Source of the DNA: a candidate division WOR-3 bacterium
GTDB taxonomy: Bacteria > Hydrothermota > Tepidihabitantia > Tepidihabitantales > DTDR01
Direction of reading: 5' to 3'
Length of the DNA: 64,000 nt
NCBI GenBank assembly: GCA_025060715.1
Contig: JANXBG010000004.1
Span: forward strand, 4,920 to 68,919
Shown here piece by piece: positions 30,709 to 40,053 of this stretch (position 1 is its first letter; each line of letters opens with the position of its first letter). A program made the translations under genes and the position numbers. The notes beneath the pieces are model-generated. The model saw nothing but the letters and a program-made list of their open reading frames with translations, had not been told where the DNA came from and did no database searches.

Positions 30709-31893
30709 TTAAAACCGATAATAAATTCTTATCTTTTCTCCTCTTCTTTCAATAATTAATTTTATACTATTGCCTTTAAAATTATCAATTTTATCTTTTA
30801 AATCTTTCGCATTGACAATCTTTTCATCTTGAAAACTTAAAATAACATCGCCAACATCTAAACCAATTGCTTCAGCAAAACTGTTTTCTTTTACCTTTAA
30901 AATAACTGCTCCATAATTTGCTTGTAAAGAATATTTCTTTTTAAGATAATTATCAATATCACTCACTTCTATTCCCCATTTTTCAATATTTACTTTTATA
31001 ATCTCTTTCTTTTCTTTAACCACTTTCTTTGCTTTTTCAATAAATTCTTTAACCCGATTAATAGGAATAGCAAAACCAACACCTTCGCTACCTCCCGCAT
31101 GAGACAAAATAAAGGTATTTATACCAATCACTTCTCCTAAAACATTCACTAAAGGACCGCCAGAATTTCCAGGATTAATTGCAGCATCAGTTTGTATCAT
31201 ATTTTTATACTCCCGACCGGTTTGGGAAGCCCTAACCTCCCGATTTACTGCGGAAATTACCCCTACTGTTACTGTCGGTTTTGTATCTTCAATCAAAAAA
31301 CCAAAGGGATTACCTAAAGCAATAACCCATTCGCCAATTAACAAATCATCAGAGTTTCCTAATTTGGCATAGGGCAAGTTTTTCCCATCTATCTTTAACA
31401 ATGCCAAGTCCTCTTCACTATCAATATCAATAATATCGGCATCAAAAGAACGGCCATCGGGAAGAGAAACTTTAATCTCTGTTGCCATTTCTACCACATG
31501 GGCGTTAGTTACAATATACCCATTGGGATCAATAATCACACCACTCCCTAATCCCTTTATCTCCTCCTTATACCTTCTTGGGGGCAAAAAATCTCTAAAA
31601 AAATCTCGCCAAAAATCATCAAAGAATGGCGAAGAAAAAGGCGAATAAGTAACTATTCTTGTCTGAGTAACCGCAATAGAAACCACCGCTGGACTTACTT
31701 TATTAGCACTCAAAACAATCGCATTCACCCTTTGATTATTAATTTCCTTTTCTAATTGGCTAACTAAAACTAAACTTTCTCTTCCTGAATATAAAGAATT
31801 GGATTTAAAAAAGAAATGGCGATAAGAAAAACCAAGCATAATACCCAGAATAATGCCCAGAAAGAGGAAAATAAGATAAATATTCTTTTTCAT
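30709..31893 (-). CDS. degP: Periplasmic serine endoprotease of the DegP/HtrA family (trypsin-like plus PDZ).
   Basis: It has GNSGGPLVN around the catalytic Ser, His/Asp contexts, a C-terminal PDZ domain and an N-terminal membrane anchor. Confidence 0.85.
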   Translation of the reverse strand: MKKNIYLIFLFLGIILGIMLGFSYRHFFFKSNSLYSGRESLVLVSQLEKEINNQRVNAIVLSANKVSPAVVSIAVTQTRIVTYSPFSSPFFDDFWRDFFRDFLPPRRYKEEIKGLGSGVIIDPNGYIVTNAHVVEMATEIKVSLPDGRSFDADIIDIDSEEDLALLKIDGKNLPYAKLGNSDDLLIGEWVIALGNPFGFLIEDTKPTVTVGVISAVNREVRASQTGREYKNMIQTDAAINPGNSGGPLVNVLGEVIGINTFILSHAGGSEGVGFAIPINRVKEFIEKAKKVVKEKKEIIKVNIEKWGIEVSDIDNYLKKKYSLQANYGAVILKVKENSFAEAIGLDVGDVILSFQDEKIVNAKDLKDKIDNFKGNSIKLIIERRGEKIRIYYRF

Positions 31894-31950
31894 AGTTAAA
31901 TTTTAATCAAACAGTTATTAAAATCAAGAAAATTCAAAAATTATCAAAAA

Positions 31951-34900
31951 TCAAATAAACTGAAATTTCACCTTTTTTATAATTGGCATCTCTTTTAATC
32001 TTTTTAAAAGTTCTATATTTGGCTTTATTTTTAACTTAGTGAGTCTACCCGTCTTCTTTTTACCTTCTTCATAATAAGTGATTATTACTTCTGCTTCCCC
32101 TGGATATTCTATTAAAATATCTTTCAAAATTGGAATATTTTTTAATTCAACATTTTCCTTTATTTCAATATTTATTCTCTTAATATTTTCCCATAACTTT
32201 TCTATAGGATAAATATCTTTTATCACTATGCTTAAATCTTTATTACTTTTTGCCCTTCCTTTAATCACATAAATTTCTTCTTTTTTAAGACTTTTATATT
32301 TTCCTTCATAAATTTCATTAAAGAGAAAACCGGTTATTTTCCCAGTCAAATCTTCTAAACCGAGAATAGCAAAATTTTTACCATTTTTATCGTATTTGGT
32401 CTTTCGTTCAGTAAGAACTGCTAAAAAAGTATAATCTTCTTTATCTAAATATTCTAACTCTTCAAAACTTTTTAATTCCATTACTTCGTAAAGTTCTTTA
32501 TAGTCTTTTAAAGGATGATAGGAAAAATAAAAACCAAAAACTTCTTTTTCGTATTCAAAATTAGGCTTTTCTTTTATTATTTCTTTCTTTTCTTTTAATT
32601 TTTTCTTTTTATCTTCTTCAAATAAAGAAAATTGCAAGGAAATAGCCCCTTCCTTACCGCCCTTTTGATATTCCGGTAATTTTGCTAAAAGAATTTCTCT
32701 TTTTATATTAAAAGAGTCAAAACAACCAGCTTTGATTAAAACCTCGTAGGCTTTCTTATTACCAAAAGGTTTCGTACGCATAATAAAATCTTCAAAAGAA
32801 CTAAACTCTCTTCTTTTTCTTTCTTTTATCAAGGCTTCACAAAAACTTTTACCAATTCCTTTTAAAGCTCCTAAACCATAACGAATACCGTGTTCTTCAA
32901 TGACAAATTCATAATAACTTTTATTAATATCTGGTGGTAAAATTTCTATACCAAAGGATTTTGCCTCTTTAATAATTTCTTCAATCTTTTCAGGAGCATT
33001 TATTTCACTAGTTAAAGTAGCACACAAAAATTCTTTTGGATAATTAGCTTTCAGATAAGCAGTAAGATAACTTAAATAAGCATATCCTGCAGCATGAGAT
33101 TTGTTAAAACCGTAGCCGGCAAAAGGAATGAGCAATTCAAAAATTTGCTGAGCTTCTTCCTCTTTTATTCCTTTATTTTTTGCTTTTAAGATAAATTTCT
33201 CTTTCATTTCCGTCATTAATTCAGGTATTTTTTTACTCATTGCCCTTCGCAAAATATCGGCCTCTCCTAAGGTAAAATCAGCAATTTTAGCAGCAATCTG
33301 CATAACCTGTTCTTGATAAAGAATCATACCATAAGTCTCCTTCAAAACATCTTCTAATAAAGGATTGGGATACACAATCTCTTCTTTTCCTTTTTTTCTT
33401 CTAATAAATCGCTCTACATCGCCACTCAAAAGCGGACCAGGACGATATAGTGCCAAAACAGCAATTAAATCTTCAATGGTTGTTGGATTTAATTTTCTTA
33501 AAATCTCTCTCATACCAGCACTTTCTAATTGAAATACTCCTAAAGTTTTTCCTTCTCCTAAAAGTTCATAGGTTTTCTTATCATCAAAGGGAACTTCTCT
33601 TTTTATCTCCTTATTATTTTTTATTACTAATTGATAGGTCTCCTCAATTACTCGTAAAGTCTTTAAACCCAAAATATCCATTTTTAAAAGACCAACGGCA
33701 GCAAGGGAATCCATATCATACTGCGTGCAGATATCTCCATCAGTAGTTTTATATAAAGGAACATAATCAATTAACCTTCCTGGCGCAATCACAATCCCCG
33801 AAGCATGAATTGAAGCATGGCGAGCAACCCCCTCTAATTTTAAAGCATTTTCATAAAGTTTTTTATATTCTTTTTTACTATCAATCAATCCCCTAAATTC
33901 GGGTACTTTTTCATAAGCTTCGGCCAATTCCAAATTCATTGGCAATGTTTTAGCAATCATATCAATCTCCTCTAAAGGAATTCCCATTACTCTTCCCACA
34001 TCCCTTATCACCGCCCGGGCCATCATCCGGCCAAAAGTAATTATTTGAGCAACATTTTCTTCGCCATATCTTTTTTTCAAATAATCAATCACCTTCTCTC
34101 TTTCCTCATCCGAAAAATCAATATCAATATCCGGCATTGTTACCCTTTCGGGATTAATAAACCTTTCAAACATCAATCCATATTTTAATGGATCAATGTT
34201 AGTAATACCTAAAGTATATAAAACTAAACTACCAACCGCACTGCCTCTACCCGGGCCAACTGGAATATTCTCTCTTTTAGCAAAATCAATTATATCTTTG
34301 ACAATCAAAAAATAATCAGTAAAACCAATTTTTTCTATTAAAGAAAGTTCGTAATTAAGTCGAGAAAGATACTTATCAAAATTATTTTTTATCTCTAAAT
34401 TTTTCTCTTTCAAATTTTCTAACCCTTTTCTTACTAAATAACTCAAATATTGATAATTACTTTCAAAATCTTTTGGTTTTTGAAATTTTGGTAAATGGAA
34501 ATTTTTCCCCGAGGTATCTAAATATAAGGTTGCCCGTTCAGCAATCTCCCAACTATTTCTTAAAGCCTCCTCTAATCCTTCAAAAAGTTTGGCCATTTCC
34601 TCTTTTGACTTGAAATAAAGTTCTTTTGATTCAAATTTTAATCTTTTTTGATCATCAATTTTTTTATTAGTTTGAATACATAACAAAATATCGTGAACAT
34701 AATAATCTTCTTTTGATAAATAATGGCAATCATTAGTAGCTACTAAATTCACTTGGTTATCCTTTGCCAATTTAATTATTTGGGAATTTATTTTATCTTC
34801 ATTTTCTAAACCAATTCTCATTATTTCCAAAAAGAAATTCTCTCTACCAAAAATATCTAAATAATCAAAAAGAGCTTTCTTCACATTTTCATAATCACCA

Positions 34901-35349
34901 ATTTTTAGATAATAATTTATCTCTCCTTTTTGGCAGCCAGAAAGAGCAACTATTCCTTTATGATATTTATCTAAAAGCTCCTTATCAATCCTTGGTTTAT
35001 AATAAAATCCTTCTAAATAAGCATAAGAGGCCAATTTCAAAAGATTATGATAACCTTCTAAATCCATCGCTAATAAAGTAACATGAAAACTTGATTCCTG
35101 AATAGTCGGATGGGGTCTCTTTTCGTCTCGCCTACCCACTGCTACATACGCTTCCATACCAATTATCGGTTTTATTCCCTCTTTAAGACATTCATTATAA
35201 AATTCAATCACGCCAAAAAGATTACCGTGATCAGTAATCGCTAAGGCTTTCATATTTTCTTTCTTTGCTTTTAAAACTAAATTAGCAATCTTATTGGCAC
35301 CATCTAATAAACTATATTCAGTATGATTATGGAGATGAACAAATTCCAT
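31951..35349 (-). CDS. dnaE: DNA polymerase III alpha subunit.
   Basis: 1132 aa with an N-terminal PHP domain (MEFVHLHNHTEYSLLDG), the polymerase core and a C-terminal OB fold. Confidence 0.95.
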   Translation of the reverse strand: MEFVHLHNHTEYSLLDGANKIANLVLKAKKENMKALAITDHGNLFGVIEFYNECLKEGIKPIIGMEAYVAVGRRDEKRPHPTIQESSFHVTLLAMDLEGYHNLLKLASYAYLEGFYYKPRIDKELLDKYHKGIVALSGCQKGEINYYLKIGDYENVKKALFDYLDIFGRENFFLEIMRIGLENEDKINSQIIKLAKDNQVNLVATNDCHYLSKEDYYVHDILLCIQTNKKIDDQKRLKFESKELYFKSKEEMAKLFEGLEEALRNSWEIAERATLYLDTSGKNFHLPKFQKPKDFESNYQYLSYLVRKGLENLKEKNLEIKNNFDKYLSRLNYELSLIEKIGFTDYFLIVKDIIDFAKRENIPVGPGRGSAVGSLVLYTLGITNIDPLKYGLMFERFINPERVTMPDIDIDFSDEEREKVIDYLKKRYGEENVAQIITFGRMMARAVIRDVGRVMGIPLEEIDMIAKTLPMNLELAEAYEKVPEFRGLIDSKKEYKKLYENALKLEGVARHASIHASGIVIAPGRLIDYVPLYKTTDGDICTQYDMDSLAAVGLLKMDILGLKTLRVIEETYQLVIKNNKEIKREVPFDDKKTYELLGEGKTLGVFQLESAGMREILRKLNPTTIEDLIAVLALYRPGPLLSGDVERFIRRKKGKEEIVYPNPLLEDVLKETYGMILYQEQVMQIAAKIADFTLGEADILRRAMSKKIPELMTEMKEKFILKAKNKGIKEEEAQQIFELLIPFAGYGFNKSHAAGYAYLSYLTAYLKANYPKEFLCATLTSEINAPEKIEEIIKEAKSFGIEILPPDINKSYYEFVIEEHGIRYGLGALKGIGKSFCEALIKERKRREFSSFEDFIMRTKPFGNKKAYEVLIKAGCFDSFNIKREILLAKLPEYQKGGKEGAISLQFSLFEEDKKKKLKEKKEIIKEKPNFEYEKEVFGFYFSYHPLKDYKELYEVMELKSFEELEYLDKEDYTFLAVLTERKTKYDKNGKNFAILGLEDLTGKITGFLFNEIYEGKYKSLKKEEIYVIKGRAKSNKDLSIVIKDIYPIEKLWENIKRINIEIKENVELKNIPILKDILIEYPGEAEVIITYYEEGKKKTGRLTKLKIKPNIELLKRLKEMPIIKKVKFQFI

Positions 35350-35354
35350 AAATT

Positions 35355-35942
35355 TTATGGCTTATATTCAAACTCTAAGTGAATTTTTAAAACATCCGCT
35401 TGGAAATCATCGGGCAAGGGCGGTAAATTTTTAGTTAACAATACCGCTCGTTTACAATATTCATCATAATCTTCTTTTCCCGAACTTTTTTCAACTTTTA
35501 CTTCTCCAATTTTACCTTCCTTTGTAATTTTAAAAAAAATAATCGCCTTTAAATTCAAATTAGTATTTGCGTAAGGATTATACCAATTTTCAGCAATTTT
35601 ATTTAGAACAATATTTAAATAAAAAGAGGAAACAACACCACCTTCAGTCTTTAAACTAAATCCCTTTGATTTTATTACATCCTCTTTTTTGCTTGCTTTT
35701 GCTTTAAGAGTATCTTTTTTAATCTCTTTTTTTTCTTCTTTCTTTATTCCCTCTTTCTGAACAGCCACATCGCTTTTTTTTTCAATATTTTCTTCACTAA
35801 TCTTTGGGGCAATACTCACTTCTAAAATAACTGGATAATCAATATTCTTTGTTTTTTTAAACATTGGTAAGAAAGAAAAAAAGGCAAAAAAGAAGAGGTG
35901 AAAAAGAAAGGAGTAAAAATAATCTTTAAAATTGTTATTCAT
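35355..35942 (-). CDS. TonB/TolA-like energy transducer (N-terminal TM anchor, Lys/Glu-rich linker, C-terminal TonB-type domain).
   Basis: 195 aa. It sits immediately after exbD/tolR and exbB/tolQ, and its composition is typical of TonB/TolA. Confidence 0.55.
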   Translation of the reverse strand: MNNNFKDYFYSFLFHLFFFAFFSFLPMFKKTKNIDYPVILEVSIAPKISEENIEKKSDVAVQKEGIKKEEKKEIKKDTLKAKASKKEDVIKSKGFSLKTEGGVVSSFYLNIVLNKIAENWYNPYANTNLNLKAIIFFKITKEGKIGEVKVEKSSGKEDYDEYCKRAVLLTKNLPPLPDDFQADVLKIHLEFEYKP

Positions 35943-35943
35943 T

Positions 35944-36354
35944 TTACCGTTTTTTAATTTGGGTTGCTAAAAGTCCAACATCAAAAATACCGGCATTCTT
36001 AATTTCACCTAAAATTTCAATAATTTGACCATAAGGCAAATCTTTATCAGCCTGTAAATAGACTTTATCACTTCCCTTTTTTTCCATATACTTATAAAGC
36101 GTCTTTATCAATTCTTTTTTACTTACCTCTTCTTCTTCAACAAATATCTTCCCTTTCTCGTTTATGGTTATTAAAACCCCTTCTTTTATTTGCGGTCGCA
36201 AATAAGCACTTTGTGGCAATTTTACCGAAAACCCTGCTCGCGAAAAAGCCGCAGTAATTCCAGCAATAAGAAAGATTATCATTAAAGTAATGGAAATATC
36301 TGCTAAAGAAGTTATATTAATGAAGGCAATTAATTTTTGATAAGCATTTCTCAT
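35944..36354 (-). CDS. Biopolymer transport protein ExbD/TolR.
   Basis: 136 aa with a single N-terminal TM and an ExbD periplasmic domain pattern. Confidence 0.8.
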   Translation of the reverse strand: MRNAYQKLIAFINITSLADISITLMIIFLIAGITAAFSRAGFSVKLPQSAYLRPQIKEGVLITINEKGKIFVEEEEVSKKELIKTLYKYMEKKGSDKVYLQADKDLPYGQIIEILGEIKNAGIFDVGLLATQIKKR

Positions 36355-36941
36355 TTTCTATCTTTTACTTCTATTAAATAATTTACTATCTTTTCTAAAT
36401 TCTTTCTAAACTCTTCTAATCTTATTATAAAATAATTATAAGCAATAACTGCTGGAATAGCAACTAAAAGTCCAGCAATTGTTGTAATCAAAGCATCAGC
36501 CATTCCTGGAGCAATTGCTTGTAATGTTATCATTGGTAAATCTTTTACATCAAAAAAAACTTTAGTAATTCCCCAGACAGTACCTAACAAACCTAAAAAA
36601 GGAGAAACACTACTAGCGGTTGCTAAAAAGGGTAAATTTTTACCAGCCTTATCAACTAACTCCTCAATAGTTTCTTTTATTTGATAATCCCTTTTCTCTT
36701 CTTCCAAAATTGAAATTAATAAAAAGAAATAATTTTTTTTCTTAAAATCATAATATTTTTTTATTTCTTCAAAATCTTTAAAATAAACCAATTTTCTTCT
36801 TATACCCTCATTCTCTTTTTTCAATTTTCTAAAAAGACGCCATTTAGAAAAAATTATTCCCCAAGAAATAACCGAAAATAAAATAAGAATAAGAATAATA
36901 ATTTTAGCAAAAAGGCCTAAATTTAAAAAAATATTTATCAT
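36351..36941 (-). CDS. MotA/TolQ/ExbB proton-channel protein.
   Basis: 196 aa with three TM segments and a conserved C-terminal TM pair (..ATASSVSPFLGLLGTVWGI..). Confidence 0.8.
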   Translation of the reverse strand: MINIFLNLGLFAKIIILILILFSVISWGIIFSKWRLFRKLKKENEGIRRKLVYFKDFEEIKKYYDFKKKNYFFLLISILEEEKRDYQIKETIEELVDKAGKNLPFLATASSVSPFLGLLGTVWGITKVFFDVKDLPMITLQAIAPGMADALITTIAGLLVAIPAVIAYNYFIIRLEEFRKNLEKIVNYLIEVKDRK

Positions 36942-36987
36942 TAAATTATTATATAACTTATAAAAAATAAGTCAAATAGAAGGGAAA

Positions 36988-37416
36988 TTAAAATTCTTCT
37001 TTGATAATCTTTTTCTTAATCAACGCCTCCTTAATTAGAAAATTCTCATTTTCTAAATTTTTAATCTTTTTATTTATTTCATTAATTTCTTTTTTGAGCC
37101 TTAACACCTCATCCATTAAAGGCAATAAATGCTTTTTTTCTTCTAAGGAAAGATTTAATTCATTTAACCATACATTAATCAACTGAGTGATCGCACCTTC
37201 CGAAATCTCTTTAGTATCAACAGTAAAATGTATTTGAGCTACTTGGTCATTGGTTAAAATTTCTAATGTCTCATTACTGGTAATATTTTCGGGAAGATTT
37301 CTCAAGGCCTCTTGAATAATTAAGGCTTCGGCTGGCGAATATTCTAATTTTATTGTCATATCTAATAATGTTTTCCCATTTGCTTCACTAATTGTTTTTA
37401 TTTTGGATATATTCAT
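36988..37416 (-). CDS. Hypothetical protein with a C-terminal coiled coil, upstream of the tolQ-like gene.
   Basis: 142-aa ORF. No motif was recognised. Confidence 0.35.
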   Translation of the reverse strand: MNISKIKTISEANGKTLLDMTIKLEYSPAEALIIQEALRNLPENITSNETLEILTNDQVAQIHFTVDTKEISEGAITQLINVWLNELNLSLEEKKHLLPLMDEVLRLKKEINEINKKIKNLENENFLIKEALIKKKIIKEEF

Positions 37417-37485
37417 CTCTTCCTCCTTTTTCTGGTTTTATGAAGATAGGAAAATATAATAAAAAAAATTAATTCTGTCAATAAA

Positions 37486-38454
37486 TTAAATATATCCTTG
37501 AAATTGAAGAATAAATTTTATCAAATGATGGGTTTTACTATAAAGATAAAAACAAAAATTAGGAGCAATTTTTAAATTTTTTTCTTTTAAAAAATAATTT
37601 AATCCCAAAGTAAAACCAATTTCTTTTATCAATTCTTTTATTTCAGATTTTTCCCTTTTAAAATCAACCCGAATAACCGGCAAAAGTTTATCAATCTGGT
37701 GACCAAAAAGAAGATAAAAGCCCTGTTTTTGATATTTATTATAGGCAACATCTTTATCTTGACCAAAAAGATATTCAAAGATAAGAATATAAGGAGATTT
37801 TAAATAACCCATTTCCCCGCCTAATCGCAAAGAAGGTAATAAATCTTTTATCTTACCAAAACCAATTTTTCCGTAATAGAAATTAGCACCTAAAAATAAT
37901 TCTTTGAAAGGGTTATATAAAATCCTTCCTGAAATATCTTTCCATTCATTATTATCCCAATTTGCCATTCTACCACTGCCATTTATTAAATTGATAAATC
38001 CTTTCCAATTAGAAAGGGAACAAGAAATACTAATACCTAAATCGTAAATAAAAGGCTCTCTCCAATAATAAATAAAAGAAGGCTCAAAAAGATAACTCTC
38101 TTTTGGCAATATTGAAACTTCATAACCTAAAGGTTGTTTAAATTTTCCTAAGATAATTTTTATCTCTTTCTGTGTTATTGCACCGTATAATTCATAAGAA
38201 GGCTTTCCTTCTAAATCACTAACATCTAAGGAAAATTTTAAAAGAAAAAAATCCTCATATTCATTTATTATATCTAAATATACTTTTGAAAAATAGAAAG
38301 AATTTGTCTTAAGGACCTTCGTTTCTGATTTCCTTTGAGCATAATCGTAATTAAAAGTAAATAAAGAATTTAGAGATAATTTATATCTACCCTGCTGAAA
38401 CTCAAAGGCAAAAATAATATTAATTAAAAAAAGTAAAAGGAAAAATCTCTTCAT
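37486..38454 (-). CDS. Hypothetical outer-membrane beta-barrel protein.
   Basis: It has a signal peptide, alternating aromatic/hydrophobic beta-strand periodicity and 322 aa. Confidence 0.4.
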   Translation of the reverse strand: MKRFFLLLFLINIIFAFEFQQGRYKLSLNSLFTFNYDYAQRKSETKVLKTNSFYFSKVYLDIINEYEDFFLLKFSLDVSDLEGKPSYELYGAITQKEIKIILGKFKQPLGYEVSILPKESYLFEPSFIYYWREPFIYDLGISISCSLSNWKGFINLINGSGRMANWDNNEWKDISGRILYNPFKELFLGANFYYGKIGFGKIKDLLPSLRLGGEMGYLKSPYILIFEYLFGQDKDVAYNKYQKQGFYLLFGHQIDKLLPVIRVDFKREKSEIKELIKEIGFTLGLNYFLKEKNLKIAPNFCFYLYSKTHHLIKFILQFQGYI

Positions 38455-38686
38455 AAATTCCTCCCTTTAAAAATAAAGAATAAAAAAATATAAGTTAAAT
38501 TCAATAAATCTGTCGCAACAGAAAAATCTTTCAATCTTAAAGACTTAGATCTTTAAATAATTTTTGTCGCAATTAATATTAAATTTTAAATAACATTTTC
38601 AATTTAAATTTTTATAAATTGATTGAAAATGAAAGACTTACCATTATTTACTCTAAATATTTTGGCACAGAAAAAGCATATATAAT

Positions 38687-39223
38687 TCAATTGAAATGGA
38701 CTTGCGGAAGGGCGGATTTCAATAGAAGAACTAAGAAAATTTTATATAGGTCACCAATAATAAAAGGATATAGACCCACTTCTAATATTTTTTCTTTGGG
38801 AACAAAATTTATAAGATATAATAATCCAAAGATATAGATGATTATATTAGCAAAAATTAAAACAAATAAAGAACTTAAAAAGTTTAATTTATATTCTTTT
38901 ATAAAACCACTAACATAAGAAGCAAAAATAAAGCCAATTATATAGCCAAAAGTTGGTGAAAAAATATAATTAATTCCTCCGCCCCGAGAAAAGAAAGGAA
39001 AACCCAAAAGACCAAAAATTAAATAGGTAAGTTGTGATAAAGCGCCCCTTTTACTCCCTAAAATAATTCCCGAAAGAAAAACCCCAAAAGTTTGAAAAGT
39101 AATAGGTACCACTCCAATTTCAATTTTTATTTTGGAAGAAATCGCTGTTAAAAAGGCAAAGGAAAGAATAAAAAATATTTCTTTTATCTCCTCTTTAACC
39201 AGTATTAAACCCTTAGTAAACAT
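38687..39223 (-). CDS. bioY: Biotin transporter BioY (ECF S-component).
   Basis: 178 aa, polytopic, with BioY-typical ..PITFQTFGVFLSG..LIFGLLGFPFFSRGGG.. segments. Confidence 0.8.
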   Translation of the reverse strand: MFTKGLILVKEEIKEIFFILSFAFLTAISSKIKIEIGVVPITFQTFGVFLSGIILGSKRGALSQLTYLIFGLLGFPFFSRGGGINYIFSPTFGYIIGFIFASYVSGFIKEYKLNFLSSLFVLIFANIIIYIFGLLYLINFVPKEKILEVGLYPFIIGDLYKIFLVLLLKSALPQVHFN

Positions 39224-39596
39224 AATAAAAAGTCAAACGTGTCTCTTCTTTAAAACGATAAAAATGGGCAGAAATATAGGCATCAGCCATATTAAAAATA
39301 TGAACACCTGCTAATATCCATAATAAATCAGAAAATTTTCCCTTTTCATTATTTTTATAGGCTTTAAAGATAAAATAGGTAAGAGAACCTTCAGCAAGAA
39401 GAAATAGAGAACCTTTCAAATAATTTTTTGTATAAAACTGCCCAGCTCCAGGAAAAATTAATGAATAAAATAACGCCCTATTGGGTGATTTATAGTTCTC
39501 TTTCTCTTTTCCTATTAAAAAAGTAAAAAAAAGAAGACTAATAATTAACAACTTGAAGTTCCAAGATATTTTTCTTGTTTTTCTTTTCGCAATCAT
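39213..39596 (-). CDS. Hypothetical small membrane protein (PGAGQFY motif, TM2/DUF5683-like).
   Basis: 127 aa with two TM helices flanking a GxGQxY motif. Confidence 0.35.
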   Translation of the reverse strand: MIAKRKTRKISWNFKLLIISLLFFTFLIGKEKENYKSPNRALFYSLIFPGAGQFYTKNYLKGSLFLLAEGSLTYFIFKAYKNNEKGKFSDLLWILAGVHIFNMADAYISAHFYRFKEETRLTFYYVY

Positions 39597-40053
39597 TTAT
39601 TATTAAAAGCTTATCTTTTAAAAATCCCATATTTACTAAATAATTGAAAACAGCAACTGCCTTTTGGAAACCATAATGATAAGCAGTCAAATATCTCTTT
39701 TTAATCTGAGTGGGAAATTCAATATCCTCACCATAGAAAATAATTGCTACCTTTTTATCCCTCTCTTTTAGACTGGGTATTATCGCCTTCAATTTCGCTT
39801 CGCCAACAGGGCTTAAACTATCCGAAGTCTCACTTAAAAAAAGTTCCTTGAATTCAAAAGAATAAACCAATTTTTCTTTTTCCTCTTCATACTCCCTTAA
39901 TCTTTCTTTTAACTCTTGAACCTCTTTTTGCCATAAAATATTCTCATCACTTATTCTTACGATTTTTTCTTCTAAAGGAAGATATTTAAAATTATAAAAG
40001 ATTAAAAAGAGACCTAAAGTAATTAAAAATAATATAAGATAAACATATTTCAT
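39538..40053 (-). CDS. Hypothetical membrane-anchored protein with a possible OmpA/MotB-like C-terminal region.
   Basis: 171 aa with an N-terminal TM and coiled coil. Any C-terminal similarity is weak. Confidence 0.3.
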   Translation of the reverse strand: MKYVYLILFLITLGLFLIFYNFKYLPLEEKIVRISDENILWQKEVQELKERLREYEEEKEKLVYSFEFKELFLSETSDSLSPVGEAKLKAIIPSLKERDKKVAIIFYGEDIEFPTQIKKRYLTAYHYGFQKAVAVFNYLVNMGFLKDKLLIINDCEKKNKKNILELQVVNY

